A stretch of DNA of 64,000 bases, taken from assembly GCA_964016885.1 (NCBI GenBank), contig OZ024740.1, positions 197,408,001-197,472,000 of the forward strand, read 5' to 3'. The position numbers and the translations under genes are program-made. Origin of the DNA: Eledone cirrhosa (Eukaryota). Below, piece after piece: positions 50,266 to 62,183 of this stretch (position 1 is its first letter; each line of letters begins with the position of its first letter). The notes under the pieces are model-generated. The model did not search any database. It saw only the letters and a list, made by a program, of their open reading frames with translations, and was not told the origin of the DNA.

Positions 50266-50778
50266 ATAAACGGAAAAAATGAAACGAAATTTCATTTCTC
50301 ACTCTTAGTACGGCTGTTACTTAAATATAAGTATGTATACGTACATAAGTAACAGCCGTACTAAGAGTGGGAAATGAAATTTCGTTTCATTTTTTCCGTT
50401 TATCGTTTTCGGTGCGCCCGGCCGATTAACTCACTCGATATACAAATTAGGCTGCTCAGCCGTTAATATGCATAAGGAAAGTATATACTTTCAGACGTTC
50501 AATCATCTGGCAGGAAGGTATACGTTGCTGACGATAGCTAATAAGCTTGAAACTAGTACAGCGTTCTTTTGTCAGTGTTGAACAAATGAGCAACGATGGT
50601 TGCTAGACACTGTACGGCTTAATTCGGGATGTTTGTTTACAAACACACCGAGCATTATAATAAATGTTCGGTGAATCCATACGTACATGTATATATGTGT
50701 GCATGTATCTATATATATATACATACATACTACTGTACGCCTGTATACATATATGTATGTACGTATACATACTTATAT
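50266..50778. mobile_element. Penelope-like hammerhead-bearing repeat with an inverted ~82-nt end
   Basis: Same unit as 24245-25220; inversion near 50347. Confidence 0.75.
50522..50564 (+). ncRNA. minimal type I hammerhead ribozyme
   Basis: ACGTTG CTGACGA T AGCT AATA AGCT T GAAA CTAG TA CAGCGT. Confidence 0.85.
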
Positions 50779-51274
50779 ATATTACAATTTATATGTATGT
50801 ATATATCATAGTATATGCGTACATTTTAATATGTGTATGTATATTATAATATATGCATACAATATACACATTACAATATCTGTGTATGTGTATTATAATA
50901 TGTCTGTATGTATAGAGCAATTCAATATCAACGTTAATAACAGTGAAATTTCAATCAGATATATAATCACTTAAGGGAACACTAGAGTTGAATGATGAGA
51001 TATCAAAGGAAATGTAAATGTTATAGTTTGGCTATGTAGCTTATAAATATTTCAACAATAACTTCTTCTTTTTTCGCTGACAAGTTGGACAGCTTCTTCA
51101 CTGTAAACATCTGTTATAAGATAATGAAAATGGATCCGTTTTCAAATATAAAGTCTCTGAGAGTAGAATGAAGAGATATCATCAAAGGGAATGGAAATGT
51201 TATAATTTGAGGAGTCAATCGGTATACATCCCCACTTTGCTACCTTGTATTTTTGCCTCTACTTCTTAAATAAC

Positions 51275-51630
51275 GTTGGCAGTATCGGTAGAGCGTCAGA
51301 CACCATGTTTTGTAATCTGACAAGGTCTCATGATTTGGGATACCATCCTTCTTCTTTCCAGCTCTCCCACCAGTCTGGAACTTAACAGTTGCTAAACAAT
51401 ATCTGAATCACACACCACAGTATTTTCGTTGAGAGTTTCTATTTAAATTTCGTTATTATGCATAGAGTTACGGCCCTTTACAGTCTGAATTCAAATCCCG
51501 TTGAGGTTAACTTTGCCTTTCATCCTTACAGGGTCGATAAAATAAAGCACCAGTAACGTACTGGGGTCGATTTAATCGACTTTCCCTCCCCCCAAATTGC
51601 TGGCCTTGTGTCTATAGTAGAAATCATTAT
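51275..51630 (+). mobile_element. SINE S1 variant interrupted by a ~145-bp insert
   Basis: A-box head at 51275-51313; body resumes near 51459. Confidence 0.7.
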
Positions 51631-52016
51631 CGTACTTTATTCACAGTACAAAGGTTTTTTTCAAATAGCTTTTTTGTTTTAAATAGTCTTAATCCTTTGT
51701 TTTTTATTCCCTACATTCCTGTTTTTTTAATACCTTTTTATTCTTTGTTTATCCTTTTTATTAATTTTATTCCTTTCTTTGTTCCTGTTGTTCCTTGGTT
51801 TTAATATAATTTATTGAATGTTGTAATATTTTATATACATAAGTAGTCTCGGGTCCCATATATACATAAGTAGTCTCGGTGGAATAAGTGGAGGGGGGGG
51901 GGGGGCTGAACATTTGCTTAAATTCTTATAAGCGGGGGCGGTTGGAATAAGCGGGGGAGTTGGGAAATATTGGGAGTTCGTAAATATTCTTGTAATATTC
52001 TTTTTTTTGTCATATA

Positions 52017-52191
52017 CAGGTAAAATTCCGTTATAAAGAATACCATTATAACGAATTTTGCAGTATAATGAATTTTTTTCAATACCCGGGTCACACGCTC
52101 GATGTATTAGGTCGATCTCGTTATAAAGATTTTTTCATTACAACGAATGATTTTTATACCCCATGTATTTCGTTATAACGGAATTTCACTG
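52017..52191. mobile_element. Tc1/mariner (pogo/Tigger-like) MITE
   Basis: TIRs CAGGTAAAATTCCGTTATAAAGAA / TTCGTTATAACGGAATTTCACTG; TA on both sides; internal TTATAACGAA subrepeats. Confidence 0.8.
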
Positions 52192-52363
52192 TATAATGTT
52201 TTTTTTTTAAATATAAAATAAAATTATTATTAGATTTTCCAGTTGCTGTATCAATATGAATTAATTACAATAAAATTTCGCCAGAGATAGATTAGCAAAT
52301 TTTAATAAGCGGAGATGGGAAAAAATTTGAAAAATTGGGGGCGATTATTGAAGGTCCGAGAGT

Positions 52364-52657
52364 ATGTGGTTAGGATGTCTCATAAAAGAATCGCTGGACA
52401 AATCTTACGGGCAAAACCAACCGGCTGGAGACTCAAGGGTAGACCTCGAGCGAGATAATTGGTTAACATCCATGAGCTCGGCTGGTCTCGCTTGGGAATC
52501 TAGCTGGATCAATTGGAGACGGTTGCTTCTGACAGGACCCGCTGGAAGGAGTGTTTGAGGACTCTTTCCCCGCGTCGCTCTCAGAAATATGTGGGCGAAG
52601 AAGAAGAAGAAGAAGAAGAAGAAGAAGAAGAAGAAGAAGAAGAAGAAGAAGAAGAAG
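52364..52657 (+). mobile_element. RTE 3' fragment with a (GAA)n tail (same family as 12.7 kb)
   Basis: IHELGWSRLGI motif shared with 12721-12775; DRTRW; GAA tail. Confidence 0.75.
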
Positions 52658-53019
52658 AATATTTTACCCTTATATATTAATTTTATATTTATGAGATGCT
52701 TCATGATATATATTTTAAAATCTTTTAAATATATATCATCTTTTAAATATTTCTTACCTTACGTTGTATACGTAATACTAAATACTCCATAACTAACTCA
52801 ACACGAGACCACCAGAGGAGACAAAGATATTTGAAACAAAGAAATGAGAACAATTTATTAGTGTACAAAACTGAAGGGAACAGTTTATTGCCATAAACGA
52901 ACTCAGCAACCCATAGTAAAAGTTGATTGCGACCACTGACACTCCGCCCATGGATATCTGCCAGCAAAACCATTAATCAATCATGACCATAAATACCTCT
53001 AGACACAAACTTAATAACC

Positions 53020-54100
53020 GAAATCGTGCGAACCGATGAGTGGTGAAGCCTGAACAAGGGTGAGATCGGAATTAACATCAGGCTCACTTCTCTACTCAAC
53101 GGTGTTAAAGATTTTGGCAAATAATGCTCGTTGAGATATTGGGACTTGTAGTCAGTAGTTTAGACACACAAACTCTTGTAATCTTCGGCAGACATATCTG
53201 CATTAAATCTATTTTCAATAGATCTATCTTCAACTATCGTCACATAACGTGTTCGGGGATAAAGCTGGCTTCGGTTGAGATCAGGGAAACGCCTTTTCCA
53301 TTTTGTCCACCGGAGCCGCCGGGCGGCCAGCACGTGGGCCATCATTTGCTCATAATAGTGAGAGATGGGGAGAGCGGGAGAGACGGAGGCAGTGACAGCG
53401 GCAGTTTGGTTCTTTTGTGTTCGGACTTTGTGTATATGTGTCATGGACACATACTCATGTATGTGACGGAAACAATACCAAAGTATTTACTCATCAAATC
53501 TAATCAATTAATGCCAGTCATTACATAGCGGATATCGTAAAAGCAGTTCGTTTTGAGCCCTTCTTCAATGGCTGGATCACGACAATGTATTGAGGAATTT
53601 GTTCCGTAGTCCAATTAAACGGCTAGCTATCGGAATCATTTCTCCTCGTGAAATCGGTCGCCAAGGATGCTCTTTCTAATTTCTTCTGCACTTCTTAGCA
53701 GTCGAGCTATTCATGTTAAGTTTGGAGCCGTGTCTGAACTGGGAGATGACGTCACTGTTATGGTGTTGAGCACCAATAGTTATGTAGTTGACATAATTTT
53801 GGAGGCGTAGCAATACATACATTAATCGTGACAAGTCAGGAGACCTGCAGCACGACACCTGGCGAGGCATTTCTATGCGGTACACGAGTCTTGTTTAGAC
53901 CAAACATCCTGGTGGATAAAAATTGTGAAGTGTTCTATAGCAGAGTGGTCGGTCTCAATCAGAAGTGGGCTGAAAGGATGTTGTCCCGGTATAATCGGGC
54001 AGAGTTAGCTGACGTTTCTATCGCTTCGTCATGTCATATCTCATGAGACATCTAACAAGATTGAAGGGTATGTTCTTTTACTTCTTGTCGAAGGTACGAA
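53020..54100 (+). pseudogene. highly degenerate Tx1 ORF2 fragment
   Basis: Patchy DNA similarity to 35170-36130 (TTAAAGATTTTGGC; GGCTGGATC; CACCTGGCGAGGCA; CAGAAGTGGGCTGAAAGG). Confidence 0.6.
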
Positions 54101-54144
54101 TTTTATATACCATGAGGTCAATTTTCTGCGGACTCCCACTACAG

Positions 54145-54350
54145 GGTAAGTACCTCTCCGAGGTCACTCCTCTCTACGTCACCGATGTTACCAAGGGAAA
54201 AGCAAAGGCTGATACAGCTGAGAGAACTGGAGCAACATGAAATAAAGTGTCTTGCTTAAGAACACAACGCAAAGCCCAGTCTGAGATCGAACTCACAACC
54301 TCACGATTGCAAGCCCGATGCTCTAACCACTAAGCCACGTGCCTTCACAC
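54145..54350 (-). mobile_element. tRNA-derived SINE (third family)
   Basis: Minus strand: TGGCTTAGTGG A-box, GAGTTCGATC B-box, then TGTGTTCTTAAGCAAGACACTTTA. Confidence 0.8.
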
Positions 54351-54516
54351 TACAAGATGGAGTGTCGATATTTCATGGCTAATGATATATATAGGAATGA
54401 TCCGAGGCTGACGTGTTTGCAAAGATTCCTAGACGACGATGATGTTAAAGGACACGTGTGGTCACTGTTCGTGTGTTATGTCTTTCTTTAGTGATGAGTC
54501 ACAGTTTGGATCTTTG

Positions 54517-54612
54517 GCATCTGGATGTTGTTGACATCTGGATGTTTTTAGCATCTGGATATATTTGTCATCTGGGCGTCTTTAGCATCTGGATATATTT
54601 GACATCTGGAAC
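54517..54612. repeat. ~17-bp minisatellite (CATCTGGATxxxTTTxx) x6
   Basis: Seen directly. Confidence 0.8.
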
Positions 54613-54704
54613 ATTACCCGCTTGATCATATGGTCGGTAGGAAGTCGATTCGCCCCGTCAACACTAATCAACGAAAACTCATCACTCATAACTCAACATT
54701 ATCA

Positions 54705-55075
54705 AATCATCATCATCATCATCGTCATCCTCCGCCACAAGCACCAGCACCAGCACCACCACTAGCAGCAGCAGCAGCAGCAGCACCACCACCACTGCCG
54801 CTGCTGCCGCTGCCGCCGCTGCCGCCGCTGCCGCCGCCGCCGCTGCCGCCGCCGCCGCACCACCACCACCACCACCACCACTACCACCACCATCACCACC
54901 ACGACCACCACGACCACCACCACCAGCATCAGCACTACAACCACTAGTACCACCACCATCACGACCACCACCACCAGCATCACCACTACCACCACTAGCA
55001 CCAGCACCTCCACCACCACTATCACCACTACCACCACCACCACCATCACCGTTACCACCACCACCATCATCATCG
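54705..55075. repeat. compound CAT/CAG/CCG/CAC trinucleotide tract
   Basis: Seen directly. Confidence 0.9.
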
Positions 55076-56254
55076 ACGATAACAACTCCGTCAACTGCTA
55101 CCGAGTGAAGCAGACACATGCACATATAAAATGATTATATTTCTTCCAGTTCAGAATATTTGCTGTTATTCTGGTTTCCTATTCGAACATAAAGAAATAA
55201 TAAAGACAAAAAAAACCAAAAACAAACTATACATCTCATCTCCCTAATATGTCTCACTTTATATACACATAAATAAAACATCCACTCACATATACACCAA
55301 CACACACGTATTGTCTTGATATTTATAAGTTTGTTTTCAAAACGTCTGTCCTTAATTGAACGTCACACGGACATATATGAAACATTTAGGTTCAACCACA
55401 TATACTCAAGAGAATTGCAAACACAATTGAAAAATATGTTTATGCATATAGGTTCAATCATATATATACACCTCCGTACGAGAATTACAAACACAATCGA
55501 AAAATAGGTATACGCATAAATATTGATATTTATCGTGGCTTGGTCACATTAACTATTGTCTTCTATTACATAAAATGGCAGTTACTATGAAAACTAATTC
55601 TATCCACCATATTGTATTGATAGAAGAAAAAAAATCCGTTTTTTCTCCTTAAGATAGATATCTTGTATGTTTGAAACAATTTCCTTTCCTGGATGTAATT
55701 CTTCTGTTATATTCGAAGGAAATAGAAATGTAACGAAAAATAAATCTACGAATCAATCTGTCTCATTTTGTACTTTATTTCTGTGTGTCTTCCTCTTCAT
55801 GGTCTTTAGTAGAAATAACTTTTTTTTTCTATTAACTACAACTTTTACTATACTAGCTAAAGAAATACCTTTCTTAGTATAATCTACTTGTAAAATAAAT
55901 GTTTTGAAGCAGCTCGGCTCAAGTTCTGTTTACAGACTCAGGATTTACTGGCGAGTAATTATTCCTAAAACTAAACAAGTGAACACAAATAGAATTATCG
56001 TCATACACATAGGATAGAACGGAACTAAATTATACAGAATATTGAAAGAATGGTAGAAGAAAAAAATGTGTTAAAGTAAAGACTTTATGATCTCGAGAGC
56101 ATTCTTCTCTGGACGTCAATTAAACTGTATGGAGGAATTCTGACTGTAGAGGATAGAGACCGATGTCGAGTTAACAATGGTTTTTCACCGACGCTGTTAT
56201 CCTAAGAATAGTAGAAAAGACCAAGATAAGCACATTCTTACTATATTTGCAAAG

Positions 56255-56345
56255 TTGACCCTGGCGAAATTTGAGCTCAATGTGCAGAGAGCCAGAAAAA
56301 TATTGCAAGGCATTTAACGCGGTGCTCTTACGACTCTGCTAGAAA
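56255..56345 (-). mobile_element. partial old S1-related SINE
   Basis: GCAAAGTTGACCCTGGCGAAATTTGAGCTCA...GACTCTGC. Confidence 0.5.
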
Positions 56346-56473
56346 TGGTAGAAAAACCTCCCTCAAATCACACCATATGGCTTTAACTTGATGCATTCGA
56401 TAAAATAATCTAGATACACAGTCGTTATCAGAACGCATTTGTGTATAGATTTGCATGATTAGAGCATATCTGT

Positions 56474-59400
56474 CTGACGTGTGGAACATCGCCGGTAAGC
56501 TTTTTTGTTAATTTCTATGCAAAAAACTGAACTAATTGTTTGAAAAAACATAACACTTTGTAGATTAACCCCCAAGCTGAATTGTCAGCTGGGTGGTAAT
56601 CTCATTTTTCGCCCCTGTAGGGGCGAACATTTTATTTTAAAATTTTGTTTTAAAATATCAAATTTTACAAACTAAATAACTTGAGCAACACAAGAACGCT
56701 GGAGAACGTTAATATAGAAAAGAGAGAGAAAGAGGCAGATATTAACGTTATATGTGCTTCTGCTACTATGGACGTCGCCATAGATACAAGTGTCAACAAA
56801 GTGAAAAATATATTAACACTTGAAAATTTTAAAATTTCTACCGTCGAAGCGGAGAAAAATAACAATAACACACAGGAAAACACAGGAATTAAACTCATTA
56901 GCATACATACACATGAAAAAGACATCAACAACTCTACTGATACATATACACATAATGTTTCACCTCGACAAGGAACTGAGATTTCCAACAACGATAACAA
57001 CAACAACAACACCACACAAAAAAAGAAAATGTCTTTCGCTGAAACAGTGAACAAAAAACAAGATTTTATAAATCTTGATATCTTCAACGCAAGAGATATG
57101 CTCCAGCAAGGGAGAAAATTTGTAACTTTCGAAGAAAGAGGTGGGTTTAGAATTAACTCACCCCTTGAAATAAAGGAAGACACAATCCGCAGATCAGTCA
57201 CCTTTAGGACTGTACCAAATTCCACAAGAAAGCCGACATTTGTTAACCAAGCAGATATAGAAGATACTTTCAAGGAAATTCTAGCAAATGTCGATTTTCT
57301 CCAGCGAGGAAAACAGTACGGAAGTGTTTCCGTACTGTTTAAAAGCGAGGCACTCGCCCAAAAAAACTCTGTGACACCAATGGTGTCAAAAGCATACACC
57401 TTTTCCCCTACATACATGGGAAAAAGGACACAAAAAATAAAATTAAAAACATACCTCCAAACATTAACATCTGGTGGATCTTGGCTGGCTTCGTAGAGCC
57501 AGAAACTGATATGACACTTTCGATACGAAAATCTATTCGACAAAGGTGGGCGGGCACAGATTTGGAGATTCTGTTGCAAATGAAACCGGAGAGAATCTCC
57601 AAAATACCCGAAAGAGTCGTTATCGATAATAACAACAAAATAAACATTTCGCTAGAAGGACGAAAATTTCATTGCTTTCGCTGTGGTAGCACAGCACACC
57701 TAAAAGCCTCTTGTCCACAAACACACAACAACAACATCATAAAAAAAACGCTATTACCAACACCAACGCCAAAACAACCACCACCACCACAAGTACAACG
57801 ACAGACGAAACGAGCAACCACACCAAAACAAACAGACACTCAACCAACAACAACAGAAAAAACAGAGACAACACCCCTGAAGAACACAGCCCCACTCCAT
57901 CCCACTCCATCAAACACTACCACAAACACACACACCGAAACACCACCACCACACAACATACCCTTACCCCACACACCTGACGATGATTATTCATCGACGG
58001 ATGAAGCTGCTTCTCCTTTAAGTGAAGAAGAGGGAGAACCGCAGAAATCTAAAAAACAAAAAAGAGACACCACAAAACCCCCAAAACTCCAATCACCAAC
58101 ACCAACACACAACCACAGACACAAACAACAACACAAATAACACCACAGTCAAACATCCCCCTATCAGCAAAACCAGCACCAACACCACCCCAAACACAAG
58201 CACCCACCATAAAAAGAAAACTCCCGGACGAACAACAAACTAAAACAACACAACAAAAACACAAACAACAATACGCATACATCAACACAAACAACAAGGG
58301 TTTGATGGAGGTCATCTCCCAAAACCCCAAGGTGGAGACGGAGGGCAAAACTTTCGTCAAGGCAGAATCGTCTCCACACCTTAAACTTATAAGGGTTTCT
58401 ATGGAAACCTATAATGACCTAAAAAATAAATTTTCACAGGACGTGGGCAACCCCTGCCACAAACCCATCAACCGCGTCCTGTTAAAATGTTTCCCCACCC
58501 CACCCAACACCCCATCCAGCACCCAAATGGAGATTGAACAACCCGATCTCCAGGAAACGAAAAGGTAAGTGCACCTTTCGTCTTTTTTCTCCAACTTTTC
58601 TTCACCAACATGGCTAGTTTACGAGTTGGAACCGTGAATGTGCGTGGCCTAGGGATGCCCTGGAAACAGGGCCAACTTTTAAACGACCTTAGGTCATACA
58701 GTATGGATGTGATAGCCATCACCGAGTCCAGGATCCACAACAGGCAGCAACTAACCCCCATCTTCGACGACTTTGAGATCTACGCATCTCTCTGTCAGCC
58801 AGGAGGTGGAGTGGCTGTCATGTTTCGGAAGAACCTGGATTTCGGAGTACAGCAAGTACATTTGGACCCGGAGGGTAGACTGGTAGTCCTAGACGTGAAC
58901 AGTATTGGAGGGGGAGCCTTCAGACTGGTGGCCGTTTATGCCCCGACCGGGCAATCGCAATCACGGCCAGACTTTTTTAAGCGTCTAGAGTCTTTTCTGG
59001 GAACGTTTCGCTCCTTACTTTTAGTGGGAGACTGGAATGGTATCCTAGATGCACGATGGGACTATGTGGGAGCATGTCCCAGTAGAGCGGGGTGCAACAG
59101 CCCCAAAACTTTAATCGGCCAATTCCAACTGGCCGATAGGTATCGACTGGATTTCCCGACTGCACCACAGGCGACGTGGGTAAACCGCAGTGGGACATCT
59201 AGATCGTATTTAGATAGGTTCTTCATTAGAGAAAGGGACAAGGAGATGTTAAGCTGTCCACGAATGCACATGGTTGCCTATTCAAATCACAAGTTAGTTG
59301 TCTGCTTAGTCAACCGTGATAGAATACATAGACAGGGTCCCGGATACTGGAAGCTGAACGTGTCGTTGCCGGCACGTAAAGCTTACAGTGAACGGATAAG

Positions 59401-62160
59401 TAGACTAGTCAAGCAAAAGTTAACGGGAGCCATCGTCAACAATAGATGGTGGTACTCTCTCAAGAAAGCAATTAGAATAGAATCGATAGGGTATAGCAGT
59501 GAGTTAGTCTTAGAGAAAAACAGAATAGAAAGAGAACTAGTAGCCAAAGTAGAGGAGGCACTTAGAAGTGGAAATGCGGCTAGAGTGTTAGCGTGGAGAA
59601 CGGCACTGGACCAGTTCTTCGATGCGAAACACGAAGGCTGCGTGCTCAGAAGCAAAACACGTGCTCTAGCAAACAAAGGAGCGAAAGCTGTCAGCTGGGC
59701 CCGATTTGCGGAGGCAAAAAGTGGCAACAAGTCCACGATTCTGTCTTTGAAAGACCAAAACGGACGAGTGCTACTTGACCCCAAGCAAATGTGCGCGGCC
59801 TTTCAGCGGACACTGAGATACGGGACGCTCTGGGCCGCTGCGGGAAACGCAAGTCACCCGGTCTAGATGGTTTACCCTACGAATTTTACATAGGCATGCC
59901 GGACTTGTGCTCTGGCGTCCTTGAAGTCGGCTACTGCAATTGGCAGCAGAACGAAAGAATTTCTAGTTCTGCAGTTAAGGGCGTAGTAACGCTGATCAGG
60001 AAAGACGAGAACAAGGGGGACGAAATTAACAATTTCAGGCTCATAACTCTGATCAACACATAGTTAAAGATTTTGGCCAAGGTGCTAGCGACGAGGTTGG
60101 CGCTTGTCGTCGAGAACCTGGTAGGGAAAGCGCAAACATGTGCAATCCCGACCAGGTCCATACACGACAACCTCCACCTCATGCGATACATCATAGAGAG
60201 GGTGGGTAGTAAACCCAGCTTCGGTTGGGCTCTGATCAACTTGGATCAATCTAAGGCATTCGATAGGGTCGACCATCGATACTTGGAAGCGGTTCTCAAG
60301 GCGGCCGGTTTCGGTCCCGTGTTCAGAGGTTGGATCGAGGCGATGCACACCAGCATATGCTCGAGGGTCAAGGTGAACGGCTACTTATCGGAGCCGTTCG
60401 CAATCACGCGTTCCATTCGACAGGGGTGCCCTCTCTCCTCCATTCTGTATGTATTGACTCTAGAGCCACTACTGCGGAATTTGGAGCTGTTGCAGGGCAT
60501 CCCTCTAGAACCGGGACTGCGCAAAGCGGCGTCGGCTTATGCTGACGACGTGACGGTAATGGTGTCGAGCACCTCGGAAATCGGGGTGATCGGCAACTTA
60601 CTGAAAGAATACGAAACGCTGACGGGAGCAAAACTAAACCGGGACAAGTCTGTCGGTTTGCAACTCGGTACGTGGAGAGGCAAATCGATGACGTCCGACA
60701 GCGTCGTTGGACGCTGGACGGACGGAGCGGTAAAATTGCTCGGGGTCTGGTTTGGTCCAGACCTCCAGGTGGATAAAAACTGGAACGAGGTCACGGCCAA
60801 GGTGTTTGCACTCACCCAGAAGTGGGCAGAGTGCAAACTGTCCTTGAAAGGTCGAGCGGTAGTGGCGAACACTTTCATAGCGTCCGTCATCTACTACCGC
60901 TTGACTGTCGTGCCTTGTCCTCGTGAACACCTCGCCAAGATGGAACGCATGCTCTTCCAGTTTCTGTGGAAGAAGCAGGCTCCGCTGGTGAGGAGATCCG
61001 TCTTCTGTCAGCACTCTTCCAACGGAGGGCTGGGAATGCAGAGGCTGATGATGCGCAAACATGCGCTGAGGCTGCGGCATCTCCAGGTATTTCTCACCGA
61101 CCCCCAACCGGTGCGGGCACCGTTTGTGAGACAGGCTTTCCCACAGCTCGTCTCGCTGACGGAGCTGCAGTCCTGGGTGAAGAAAAGACCGAAAACGATG
61201 GGCGCCTGGCACATTGAATGCGCTCAGGCACTCACAGTCCTCTGGCAAGCGGGCGCAGCAATCAGTGGAAACTCCACTTCGACATTCTATAGAGGGATTG
61301 TACGTTACAAGGGCGACGACATGCTCGGAGAGACTCTGGGCGTCGAAGACGATGAGCTCACCAGTCTGTTTGGTAGGACTTTCCGCCCGGGACCTATGGA
61401 CAACTTCCAGAGGTCCCTGGCCTGGCAGTGCTACCGAGGAGCTCTACCGGTTCGTGACAAGATCTACAGGCACGGAAGCCCCGGCAGGGATCCTTACAAG
61501 AGGACGTGTCCAAGATGCGCGCAGGACATTGAAACAGTCCTGCACGCAATTGTAGACTGCCCGGGCGTAACCGACCTGCGGAACTATGCAGAACAACTGC
61601 TGTCGCGTATGGGACAAATCCAGTTGACTGCCGAGTCCATAGTAAGGATCAAACCGCCAGCCTCTTTCAAAAACGAAAGAGAGGCGGTTTTCCTCTGTAC
61701 AGTGGCTATGGTGAAAGAAGTTATATGGTGGACGAGGTTGATAGGACTGAGGACAGATGCCTTTCTCTCCGGACAACAATTGATTCCCTTCTTTAAGTAT
61801 CACTTTAGAAGAAGAATCAGGGTGGAAGGAGAGGCACTGCACCCCAGTAAATTTACTGAAAGGTGGGTGAATGAAGCGAAAATGGCCCGAGTGATTGGGC
61901 CTTCTCTGTTTATAAGCCTGTAGGTTGAGGAAGAGAGCAAAAGGAAGAAAGGAGCACTTGCCCAACACGCTCCTGGAGTTGAGGGTTGTTCTATCGACGG
62001 GGTATTAAACAACCCATTTGTGGCGCCTCCCTCCTATTGGGGATTTCGATTGTTGAAATTGTTTGTTTTTATATTTTTTACACGACTGAATGTAAAATCC
62101 CCGGCATGTCTTTGTATTGTCCCCTTTTCTTGTTGCGCACTTGTGGCTAATAAAGAAATC
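56474..62160 (+). mobile_element. full-length Tx1-type element, family 2, disrupted
   Basis: ORF1 56.7-58.57 kb frameshifted (CFRCGSTAHLKASC); ORF2 58610-61923 with a ~100-bp deletion/frameshift near 59810 and TAG at 60061; YADD; ends AATAAAGAAATC. Confidence 0.92.
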
Positions 62161-62183
62161 TAGCTATCTCTCTCTCTCTCTAT

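Noticed and set aside
51832-52345. Outer DNA transposon around the MITE (TAGTCTCGG...CCGAGAGTA, AATAAGCGG subrepeats)
   Set aside because: Plausible, but the terminal inverted match is too short and degenerate to call.
54150-54350. tRNA gene
   Set aside because: Only a SINE head; no complete cloverleaf, and it continues into SINE body sequence.
54630-55125. His/Pro/Ala/Gly-rich ORFs resembling a transcription-factor exon
   Set aside because: Pure trinucleotide repeats with no domain or splice support.
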